Assembly: GCA_964372665.1 (NCBI GenBank)
Contig: CAYJRE010000001.1
Coordinates: 5,941 to 69,940, forward strand
Direction of reading: 5' to 3'
DNA from: an uncultured archaeon
GTDB lineage: Archaea; Iainarchaeota; Iainarchaeia; Iainarchaeales; VGJJ01
DNA length: 64,000 nucleotides
Below, piece by piece: positions 37,389-45,308 of this stretch (its first letter is position 1; the number at the start of each line of letters is the position of its first letter). Made by a program: the position numbers and the translations under genes. The notes under the pieces are model-generated. The model had not been told where the DNA came from and did no database searches. It worked only from the letters and a program-made list of their open reading frames with translations.

Positions 37389-38522
37389 ATGATGTTCCCC
37401 CTGGCCTCTTTCCTTTTTTCATTCGTTGGGCTCGTTTTAGCCACGTATACGGATTTCAGGGACCGCACGATTCCTAATTGGATTTCGGTTGGATTAGGAG
37501 TCATGGGGTTGGGGTTGGCCGCCTTTGAGTACGTACAAACCCAAAATCTATCCAATTTGGTTTTGGTGGTGGGGGTGACGCTCGTTACATATATTGTGGC
37601 GTATTTGTTTTGGCGGTTGGGCGCGTGGTCGGGAGGAGATGTTAAATTGTTCGCGGGTTTGGGAGCGTTGAATCCCGTGAATCCGTTTGTGTTGGGTTCG
37701 TTCTTTTCGGTTTCGTGGATTTGGGGCAATCAGGAATTGTTTCGTCCGAGCATGTTGCCTTTTTTCATGCTGAATTTGTTTATTCTTTCGGTAATCATGC
37801 TTTTGCCCTATACGGCTTTTCTTTCTGTTTCGGTATTGAGAAACAACGAAAGAAGGAACGAGTTCTTCTCAATAACCAAGAAAAGTGTAGTTGAATCGTT
37901 TGCCTACGGCCTCTTGGTTTTGCTTTTCACTCGATTGGTGGAGGGGGTGGGGCTTCCCATTTGGATGATTGTTTTGTTGATGGTCGTTTCCGCGTTTCTT
38001 CCGCGAATGGCACGGATTTTTTTGGTTCTTCTCACTGTCTTGCTTGGTTTTTTTTCCATTGTTTCATTTTCCTCGTTTCCTTTTTTGTTTGCTACCTTTC
38101 TCATTATTGGTCTTATTTTTTCCTGGTACAAGTTTGCGCAGCGTCACGTTTTAACGCGGATAAAAAAAATTTCGGATTTGCAGGAAGGAGACATTGTGGG
38201 AGAGATTTTTCGTGTCCGGGGGGATAAAATCGTGCGCGAGGAACCCGTTTCGTTCAAAAACATTATTAAGGCCGGGCTCCAGCGGGATGTACCGGGGTTG
38301 ATGTCCGTGTTCCATGCCCAAAATGATATCGTCGCGTCACCTCGTCAGGCGGCGGGGTTGTATTCCGAGCAAGTTGCGCGATTGCAGGGGGAAGTGAAAA
38401 AAGGGAGTTTGGAGGACAGGGTGGTGGTGAAGGCCTCCTCCCCCTTTGCGCCGGCCGTATTATTGGCCTATGGGGTATTGAATTTGGTGGGGGATATTCC
38501 TCTCGTGTGGTGGTTTGGGTGA
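37389..38522 (+). CDS. A24-family prepilin peptidase (PibD/FlaK/TadV-like) with long C-terminal extension
   Basis: First catalytic Asp in TYTDFRDRTIPN and second in the conserved GGGDVKLFAGLGA block. About six TM segments plus a ~140-aa soluble C-terminal region. Confidence 0.7.
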   Translation: MMFPLASFLFSFVGLVLATYTDFRDRTIPNWISVGLGVMGLGLAAFEYVQTQNLSNLVLVVGVTLVTYIVAYLFWRLGAWSGGDVKLFAGLGALNPVNPFVLGSFFSVSWIWGNQELFRPSMLPFFMLNLFILSVIMLLPYTAFLSVSVLRNNERRNEFFSITKKSVVESFAYGLLVLLFTRLVEGVGLPIWMIVLLMVVSAFLPRMARIFLVLLTVLLGFFSIVSFSSFPFLFATFLIIGLIFSWYKFAQRHVLTRIKKISDLQEGDIVGEIFRVRGDKIVREEPVSFKNIIKAGLQRDVPGLMSVFHAQNDIVASPRQAAGLYSEQVARLQGEVKKGSLEDRVVVKASSPFAPAVLLAYGVLNLVGDIPLVWWFG

Positions 38523-39076
38523 ATAAGTTTTTTTCTTGTGAGTCGGGACAGGCAAGCATTGAGTTTATCTTAGTCCTCATTTTCATGTTGATTGTAGTCA
38601 CGGGGATTATATTGCCTTTAGGTCAGCGTCTCCAAATGGCGTTGGACGATGTTTCTAAAATTGGTTCGGTTTCGACTGGGTTGAAACGATTGTCTGGAAA
38701 TTTTGATGCGGCTCTGGCAACGAATGGGGATTCGAAACAGTTTTTGGATTTTTTCTTGCCGAAAGGGACGAGTTTGACGTGCGACCCGGTCGCGAAAACC
38801 GTTTCAGTCGATGTTCCAATCCATACTCCCGTGTATAATTTGGATGGAACCGAGATAAGCGAGTGCCAGCCTTATAATACCCCGCCCGCGGATCCGGCCA
38901 TGATTTGTACCAAAACGTATGCGGTTCCAACTAGCGTCACATTCAAATGCCAAGGAAGTTTGCAGAATTCATTTGCGCTTGAGGCGGGCGCGGCAGGTTT
39001 TTCGCAACGTCTCCGGGTCACCGCGAATTACGGCGGTAGCCCCCCCACGTACACAATCAATTTTTCGACGGTCTGA
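38519..39076 (+). CDS. minor pilin / pseudopilin (TadE- or DUF361-like)
   Basis: (GTG)MNKFFSCESGQASIEFILVLIFMLIVVTGIIL is a class III signal peptide. A Cys-containing globular domain follows. Confidence 0.55.
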   Translation: MNKFFSCESGQASIEFILVLIFMLIVVTGIILPLGQRLQMALDDVSKIGSVSTGLKRLSGNFDAALATNGDSKQFLDFFLPKGTSLTCDPVAKTVSVDVPIHTPVYNLDGTEISECQPYNTPPADPAMICTKTYAVPTSVTFKCQGSLQNSFALEAGAAGFSQRLRVTANYGGSPPTYTINFSTV

Positions 39077-39519
39077 TGGTCATGTTCTCGCGTGGACAAA
39101 CCAGCTTGGAGGTTTTGTTGGTGGTGGCTTTTTCTATTTTGCTTTCGCTCGTGATTGGTTTGCCGTATCTGGAAGCGCAGGCCAAGACGAATGCCTCGGT
39201 TAATACCAAACTAGCGATTCTCGTGCTCTTGGAGAATGGACAGAAATTGGGGAAAATTACTCAAATTCAACCAGAAGTTACCTTTTCAGGGGGTTCCCTG
39301 GACTTGAAAATGCTCGTTCACACCAAAGGGGTTTTGGATGGGAATATTGTGAGCACCCCCTCCTGCTTTGAAGTTTGTGACCAAATAGACCCCACCGATT
39401 TTTATGGCACTGTCACCCTGGATTGGACGCACACCCCGACTGGTTTGGGAACCCCCGGGGTAGTGATTTATGACCCATGCGACCCTAATAACTTGGGGAT
39501 ACTCCTTTCGTGCACCTAA
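39076..39519 (+). CDS. minor pilin / pseudopilin
   Basis: MVMFSRGQTSLEVLLVVAFSILLSLVIGL. TGATG overlap with the previous gene. Confidence 0.55.
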   Translation: MVMFSRGQTSLEVLLVVAFSILLSLVIGLPYLEAQAKTNASVNTKLAILVLLENGQKLGKITQIQPEVTFSGGSLDLKMLVHTKGVLDGNIVSTPSCFEVCDQIDPTDFYGTVTLDWTHTPTGLGTPGVVIYDPCDPNNLGILLSCT

Positions 39520-39545
39520 TTTTTTTCCCTAGGTTTTAACCCTTT

Positions 39546-39929
39546 TTGGTGGGGCTTTCCTCCCTTACTATGGTTTTGGATTCGTTTACCCTTAGCCGGA
39601 TTTTTTTTATTTTGATTTTAGGTTTTTTTCTGGAGTGGTATTCAAGTGAAAGTGTTCAGGTGGTTTCATCCGTTCTCGAACTGCGTTCGTTTTCTTCATT
39701 GCCTGTTGCATTTGAGCTAGTGGGTATTGTTTCGAATGTTCATTATTCGGGGGGTGCCCTCGTATTCGAGTTGGAGAAAGAGGGGGTATTGACATGCTAT
39801 TTTCGCCATCCCCCGTCCAACTTGTTTGTTTTCAACCAGGAAATCTTTTTGGTTCGGGGTAGGTTGGAGCAAACTCCCAAGGGGCTGCTCTGCATTGTCG
39901 AGAAGATGGTTTTTTTTCCAGAGGAATAA
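39546..39929 (+). CDS. membrane-anchored OB-fold protein (hypothetical, possibly nucleic-acid binding)
   Basis: N-terminal TM helix, then VGIVSNVHYSGGALVFELEKEGVLTCYF...EIFLVRGRLEQTPKGLLCIVEKM, the alternating-strand pattern of an anticodon-binding-type OB fold. Confidence 0.4.
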   Translation: MVGLSSLTMVLDSFTLSRIFFILILGFFLEWYSSESVQVVSSVLELRSFSSLPVAFELVGIVSNVHYSGGALVFELEKEGVLTCYFRHPPSNLFVFNQEIFLVRGRLEQTPKGLLCIVEKMVFFPEE

Positions 39930-39934
39930 TCCTG

Positions 39935-40903
39935 ATGTTAGCAGCAGTTTTGGTTGGCGGGTTTTTCTCTTTTTTGTTGTTTAAGTCAGGTTTACCGAAT
40001 CTTGTTCCTGTCTTGTTATGGGTTCCCGTTCTTTCTTTTTTGGATGATGGTGGAATCCTTTTGGGAATGATTGGAGGATCGCTTTTTTTTCTTGTGAATC
40101 AAGATCAATCGCCTGGCCCTTTTTCTTTTTTGGATTTGGTGATGGGTTTTGCGGCGGGCTTTGGTGGCCTATTCGTTTTTTCTTTTTTTCCCTTTTCAGG
40201 AGTTTTAGATGCTGTTATTTTCCCTCTTCTAGTGCTCTCTTTTCTTTGGTTGGTTTATTCGACTCGCCACTCTCTTTTAGCATTTTTGGGGGGGAGCGCG
40301 CTCTGTTTGTTGATTGGGTGGTTTGCCTTGCACGTTTGGGTTATTCCGCTCGCGTTGCCAGCCTTGTTGGGTGGTTTTTTCCTTTCCGCAAACGCGGAGT
40401 TTTCCATTTATCGGCCCACTCGTCTTTGGGATCGAGCTCGCGATTCGATTATTGGCGTTTTTTCAGGAGTTTTGCCTGGTTTGGGTCCTGGTCTTGTTGG
40501 TTTGTTTTGGTTTTCTTCTCGGGCGTCTCCTTCGCTTTTGATTGCCAACCTCGTTTTCACGACTGGTTTTGTTTCGTTGTCGGGTCGCATTCGCAGTTTT
40601 GCGGCTGCGGCATTAAATTATCAATCTCTTCCGGATTGGCCGTATGTGCTAGCTTGGCTATTTTTTTCGGTTTTGGTTTCATTTACGTTAAACCAGTTTT
40701 TTTCTAAGCCGTTGGCCATTCTCCCATTGGAAGGGTGGGTGCTTTTGCATGCGTTTTCATTCGTTTGGCTGGGGGGTCATTCTACTCTTTTGTTGTTTTG
40801 CCTTTCGTTTTGCAGCCGTTCGCTCTTGGTCCACCACCAGTTGCCTCTTTCGTTGGGTTTGTTAACGCTTTTTCTTCCTATTTTGTGGTTTTATGGAGGC
40901 TGA
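39935..40903 (+). CDS. polytopic integral membrane protein (~9 TM, Gly/Phe/Leu-rich), unknown function
   Basis: 322 aa, almost entirely hydrophobic. Embedded in the pilus locus. Confidence 0.5.
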   Translation: MLAAVLVGGFFSFLLFKSGLPNLVPVLLWVPVLSFLDDGGILLGMIGGSLFFLVNQDQSPGPFSFLDLVMGFAAGFGGLFVFSFFPFSGVLDAVIFPLLVLSFLWLVYSTRHSLLAFLGGSALCLLIGWFALHVWVIPLALPALLGGFFLSANAEFSIYRPTRLWDRARDSIIGVFSGVLPGLGPGLVGLFWFSSRASPSLLIANLVFTTGFVSLSGRIRSFAAAALNYQSLPDWPYVLAWLFFSVLVSFTLNQFFSKPLAILPLEGWVLLHAFSFVWLGGHSTLLLFCLSFCSRSLLVHHQLPLSLGLLTLFLPILWFYGG

Positions 40904-40917
40904 CTTATATTTTTTCT

Positions 40918-41316
40918 ATGGTTTTATTGAAGCGCATGCCCGATTCTTGGAAAATCAAGCGGAGTCTTTTGTCGGATTTGATGAGCGCGGCTCGAAAAGT
41001 TTATCCGGATGAGTTTATTGCGATGCTGGGGGTTTCCACCCCCCTATCCATGGTGTTGTCAGAGATGGTTGTTTTTCCAGCTGAGTTCGGGAAGACACAC
41101 TCTCAATTGCGATGGGACTTGGTGCCGTTTGATCCATTGATTGTTGGGAGTGTTCATTCGCATCCTTCGCATTCGGCTTCTCCTTCTTCAGCCGATTTGA
41201 ATGCTTTTTCTCGAATGGGGAAAATTCATTTGATTCTGGCTTACCCTTTTTCGTTAGCGAGTTTTCGTGCGTATTCCGTGAGAGGAAAGTTGGTTTCTAT
41301 TGAAATCGTGCCTTGA
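40918..41316 (+). CDS. JAMM/MPN+ metalloprotease
   Basis: E...HSHPSHSASPSSAD is an HxHx7Sx2D JAMM motif. Internal Met of track ORF 40735..41316. Confidence 0.6.
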   Translation: MVLLKRMPDSWKIKRSLLSDLMSAARKVYPDEFIAMLGVSTPLSMVLSEMVVFPAEFGKTHSQLRWDLVPFDPLIVGSVHSHPSHSASPSSADLNAFSRMGKIHLILAYPFSLASFRAYSVRGKLVSIEIVP

Positions 41317-41640
41317 TTTGGTTTGTTTTTACGCAGCAATTAAAAACGATGAATGGGTGGCCATACCATGCGTTTACCTTTTGAAAACAAAGGCCTATTT
41401 GGGGATTCGCGGAGTGAACCCCCACGCATAGTCCGCCCGGCCGGCCGCAGGTTCAGCGGCCGAGGGCAGTCGGCCAACCTTTTTCAGGGAAAAAGCTTGA
41501 CCAAAAAGCCCTACTTTGGGATTTGTTTTGGGCAAATCCCCGATAGTAGTGCCGCGCAGCGGTCCGCGAACCTTTTGGGAAAAGGTTCATCAAAAACCGG
41601 TGCGGCCGGACTGAACCGGCCCGAAACTGGCCGAGGGCAG

Positions 41641-42150
41641 ATGGCGATTGATTTGGTTTTCGCGTTGATTTTGATTCTTTTGGCTTTGCAGGGTTTTTCG
41701 AGCGTGATGACTCACTTTCAGGATGTGCAAAAAGAGATTAGCCTTCGTCAACAACTCCGGGAAAACACGCGTGTGAGCGCTATTTTTATTCAGGTTTCCA
41801 ACCTCTATTTTCATCGTCCTTTCGATTACATTACTGAATATCTTACTCAGAACCCTGCCTCTGACGGTAAGCGCCTTTCGATTCAAACAGGCTGGTTTTC
41901 CAGGGCGACGGGAACGATTCCCTTGAATCCAGTTCGCTTTGTGGAAACCCCTCAAGGGTTTGATTGCAACATTTGGTCGGATTTGCAAGATGCGAATCTG
42001 CTTTTCTTCACTATTTTTTCTAGCGATTCTGGCCTTAGCAAGGATGTGAATGTGTCGCGTCGATTGACGGTGGTTTCCAATTACGATGATAATCACCTGG
42101 TTTTGTTTGATTCGTGCGGCGGCCCCTTTCACATTCGGGGGAAACCATGA
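41641..42150 (+). CDS. pilin-like protein. The true start probably lies upstream (no ATG/GTG/TTG in frame).
   Basis: ...TGRGQMAIDLVFALILILLALQGF. The RGQ + hydrophobic helix is a class III signal but sits 5' of the first in-frame Met. Track ORF begins at 41353. Confidence 0.45.
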   Translation: MAIDLVFALILILLALQGFSSVMTHFQDVQKEISLRQQLRENTRVSAIFIQVSNLYFHRPFDYITEYLTQNPASDGKRLSIQTGWFSRATGTIPLNPVRFVETPQGFDCNIWSDLQDANLLFFTIFSSDSGLSKDVNVSRRLTVVSNYDDNHLVLFDSCGGPFHIRGKP

Positions 42151-42845
42151 TGGATGCGAGGGGCCAATTGTGGTCGTTAGATGTGGTGCTCGCGGCTGTT
42201 GTTTTTACGTTGGCGATTGGTCTCATTATTAGCCAATCGGAATTGGCCACGTATTATGGTCAGCAAGACCGCTCGACTCGCGCGCTATGGATTTATGCTT
42301 TGTTGGCCTCGAATGGGGTGACGAGCAAGGCCGAGATTACGATACCTCAAATTTACCCGTTGTGCGTGGCGGACATTAATCAGGTGGGCGGGGGGCCGTT
42401 TGTATCCGTTGCTTGTCCGTTTGTCCAAGGTTCCCCGACGATCGTTACGGTGGCGGAAAACGTACGTTGCGGCCCCAATCAAGAGCATATTGTCGAAACA
42501 CAGCCAGTTGTGGTAACATTTCTTCGTCCGTGGGGTTGGTCGTTCGATAATGAGCTTTCGTGGATGGAGAATTGCATTATTAGTCGAGAGTCTCGTCCCC
42601 GCCCGCAGGTTTTTGGAATAACGGATGATTTTGGTTTAGATATGAATGCGGAAATTTATCCGAGTGGGTGGCTTCGCCTTGTTGGGTTTCCTCCGCCAAT
42701 CGGCAAGCAGTATTTTTCGTTTACGCGCAAGATGATTGTGTTCGCGGACCATAATTGGACAGGGGCCTGGATTTATCGTCAATGCATGGATGGGAATTGT
42801 GGTCTTTATTTGACGGATATGAATGTCACCGTGTGGAGGCCATGA
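42147..42845 (+). CDS. pilin-like protein (class III signal peptide)
   Basis: MMDARGQLWSLDVVLAAVVFTLAIGLII. ATGA overlap with the upstream gene. Confidence 0.55.
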   Translation: MMDARGQLWSLDVVLAAVVFTLAIGLIISQSELATYYGQQDRSTRALWIYALLASNGVTSKAEITIPQIYPLCVADINQVGGGPFVSVACPFVQGSPTIVTVAENVRCGPNQEHIVETQPVVVTFLRPWGWSFDNELSWMENCIISRESRPRPQVFGITDDFGLDMNAEIYPSGWLRLVGFPPPIGKQYFSFTRKMIVFADHNWTGAWIYRQCMDGNCGLYLTDMNVTVWRP

Positions 42846-42846
42846 G

Positions 42847-43185
42847 ATGCGCGGGTTTGTTTTTACCATCGATATGCTTTACGGTGCTCTCGCCGCGCTG
42901 TTGCTACTGTCTCTTTTTTCGCAGGCGTTTCAACACCCCCCCATTTCAAAGTATACCCTGTTGCAAATCCAAGCCAAGGACAAAGTCATCGAGTGGTTTT
43001 ACACGAGTCCGACAACCGTTTCTCTTCCCCAATGCGAGCAACCCAATCCGCCCGCCCCTCCTATTTGCCCGGATAAGGCGTTTTCGTGCGATTTTGGTTT
43101 TCGTCCCAAAGTAACAACGACTTTTCTTGATCCGACTCTTTCAAGCAGTTGGGTATACCAGGTCCAATGTGCGGTGGAACCATGA
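42847..43185 (+). CDS. pilin-like protein
   Basis: MRGFVFTIDMLYGALAALLLLSLF. A Cys-rich C-terminal domain. Confidence 0.5.
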   Translation: MRGFVFTIDMLYGALAALLLLSLFSQAFQHPPISKYTLLQIQAKDKVIEWFYTSPTTVSLPQCEQPNPPAPPICPDKAFSCDFGFRPKVTTTFLDPTLSSSWVYQVQCAVEP

Positions 43186-43823
43186 ATCGCGGATTTTTTT
43201 CTGTTTTTGTGGCGACGTTCGCCATTGTTTTCCTTATTGGGTTAACGTACACGCAGTCCTCTCGTTTTCCCACTGAATCCACGGAGGAGCGAATATTGGT
43301 TTTGCAGCAACAGTTGTCGAAAGAGTGGTTTATGGCGCGCAATGCGTATGTTAATTTTTCTTCGGATGCCATTTTCGAACAGGTGGCCTCCAATAATCCG
43401 AACAGCTCGGGAGATGCGGATTGTGATCCTGCATGGGTTGATCCTGCGGTTGATTTTGGTCCTTCGGTCCAATCGTACTGGGACTCAGTGTATGGTTACC
43501 TCCGGACTAATTATGGGGTGGATTGTCGAGCGGTCTTGGATGTGGATGTGCACAACAAACTCGAATCCACCAATCTTTCGGGGCCAGAGACAGTGACGAA
43601 TGGGTCTCGTGCGTATGCTCGGTTAACCTGCTTGAAGAATGGGGGGGGCATCGATTTGAATTTGACGCACCCCTTCGTGATCAAAAAGAAAATGGAAATA
43701 TCTTTGAATACTGGCGTTCAATGCGATGTCAACGTTTTCGATATAATGGGGGATATTCCTCAATTAGGTGTTTTTCCTCCGGTTCCCTATAAGGAATTGG
43801 ATGTGAATCAGGCATTCCCGTAA
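43182..43823 (+). CDS. pilin-like protein
   Basis: MNRGFFSVFVATFAIVFLIGL. ATGA overlap with the upstream gene. Confidence 0.5.
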   Translation: MNRGFFSVFVATFAIVFLIGLTYTQSSRFPTESTEERILVLQQQLSKEWFMARNAYVNFSSDAIFEQVASNNPNSSGDADCDPAWVDPAVDFGPSVQSYWDSVYGYLRTNYGVDCRAVLDVDVHNKLESTNLSGPETVTNGSRAYARLTCLKNGGGIDLNLTHPFVIKKKMEISLNTGVQCDVNVFDIMGDIPQLGVFPPVPYKELDVNQAFP

Positions 43824-44619
43824 AGCTTTTCACGATTTTTGCCACACCGCTCCCGTACTGCATGGCTTTTTTGGGGGCTTGGATGATTTCCTTATCAACG
43901 CGCATTTTTTCACCCAACGTGCGTAAGGCCGCTTTTCGGAGGTGGCCATATTTTCCTTGCAAGTTTTGGATGGCTGGGATTTGGAGGGCGCGTCGGCTAA
44001 ACTCAGGGTTCAAATAAGGGGCTTGGAGGGTGATTCCATAGTATTTTCCGCATTTTTTTTCTCGCTTAACATCGTGTTCTTCCACATTTTCCACTTTTTT
44101 GGCGCGCAATCGTTCGCATTCGATTGGTTTGTCGCGACATTTCTCGAATGAGGCGTACCCGCAAAACAATTCATCGGCCCCTGACCCAACAAACACGGTT
44201 TTGATTCCGTTTTCCTTGGCTAGTTTTGCCACGGCCAAATTAACCACTCCAATCGTTTGTTGCAAATGGTCCTTTGTTTTCAATATTTTTCCGGCGGTTT
44301 CGTAGTTTGAAACGATTTCGTTTTCCTTCAACTCTTTTTTGAGTATTTTCATTTTCCATTTTTTGGCAAGATGAATGGCGCGATCGAAATCCGTGCTTCC
44401 CGGGACTCCTACCACTAATAAGGCCGCTTTAGGAGAATATTTTTTGGTGCTGAAGGCCAATATGCCGGAATCCAATCCTCCGGAGAATGCAATCCCTATG
44501 CCCTGATTTTCTGGGATGGCCTTTCGAACAGCTCCCTCAAGACTCTCTTGAAGCCCCCTGTAGTCTATTTTTCGTTCTGCTTCCCCTTCCGATTGGGAAA
44601 CCCTTGTAATGGAACCCAT
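43729..44619 (-). CDS. asparagine-synthetase-type PP-loop ATP pyrophosphatase (synthetase domain only)
   Basis: PP-loop AFSGGLDSG and GSGADELFCGY (AsnB C-domain motif). No glutaminase domain. Confidence 0.65.
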   Translation of the reverse strand: MGSITRVSQSEGEAERKIDYRGLQESLEGAVRKAIPENQGIGIAFSGGLDSGILAFSTKKYSPKAALLVVGVPGSTDFDRAIHLAKKWKMKILKKELKENEIVSNYETAGKILKTKDHLQQTIGVVNLAVAKLAKENGIKTVFVGSGADELFCGYASFEKCRDKPIECERLRAKKVENVEEHDVKREKKCGKYYGITLQAPYLNPEFSRRALQIPAIQNLQGKYGHLRKAALRTLGEKMRVDKEIIQAPKKAMQYGSGVAKIVKSFTGMPDSHPIPYREPEEKHLIEEYPPLYRKR

Positions 44620-44762
44620 ATTCCATTGTTGTAATGGGTTAATTTTTTTATTGAGAGCTCGGCCTACTGCGGGACTGCGAAGCAGGCCCCGTCAACGTAG
44701 TCCCTCGTTGCCGCGGCGCGAAACCCGCGGTTTGGAATCCGAACCATTTTTATAGGGGGGTT

Positions 44763-45248
44763 GTGATAGTGTTGGCCATGGTGTCCTTGGATCGCGTGGA
44801 TTTGTTGTTGCTTCGTCGGTTGCTTGAAGATGGAAGGGCTTCTTTTTCTCAATTGGCGCGTGAAACGAATTTGACGGATGTGGCCATCAAGAAGCGGTTT
44901 GAGCGGTTAAAGAGACAAGGGGTTATTCATTCGGTTACGGCAGATTTGAATCTGGATGTGTTGGGTTTTTCGAAACCCGTGTATGTGTTGATGAAAACAG
45001 ACCCGGGAAAAAATAAGCAGATTTCCAAGCGTTTGGGGGAGATGGAGCATGTGGTCGAGTTTCATGAATTGATGGGCGAGCACAATTTTTTGCTCAAAAT
45101 GATTTCTCCTGATTTAGGTCATACGAAGCAGTATTTGGATGACTTGGGTTTTATTGATGGCGTGAGGGAAATCCGTTCGCTGCCCGTGCTTTCAGAGATC
45201 AAGAAGACGAATGCGTTGCCTCCCACCCCTTTTCAGAAGCGGTTTTAG
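44763..45248 (+). CDS. lrp: Lrp/AsnC-family transcriptional regulator
   Basis: N-terminal HTH (DLLLLRRLLEDGRASFSQLARETNLTDVAIKKRFERL) plus a C-terminal RAM domain. Confidence 0.7.
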   Translation: MIVLAMVSLDRVDLLLLRRLLEDGRASFSQLARETNLTDVAIKKRFERLKRQGVIHSVTADLNLDVLGFSKPVYVLMKTDPGKNKQISKRLGEMEHVVEFHELMGEHNFLLKMISPDLGHTKQYLDDLGFIDGVREIRSLPVLSEIKKTNALPPTPFQKRF

Positions 45249-45308
45249 TTTTTTTATCCTACCGCCCCCCTTAAATTTCGTTCACTCTTCATGGGTGGTT
45301 AGTCGTAT

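Noticed and set aside
41353-41640. 96-aa N-terminal extension of the pilin-like ORF in the track
   Set aside because: Would place the RGQ+hydrophobic class III signal far from the N-terminus, which is atypical. The region has repeat/hairpin DNA structure. Kept as a start-site ambiguity rather than annotated as coding.
44625-44760. GC-rich structured intergenic segment (GGGACT...AGTCCC, CCGCGG-loop-CCGCGG) that looked tRNA-like
   Set aside because: Could not fold into a cloverleaf on either strand, with no T-loop GTTCRANYC and no anticodon arm. More likely a divergent promoter/leader region between the asnB-like and lrp genes.
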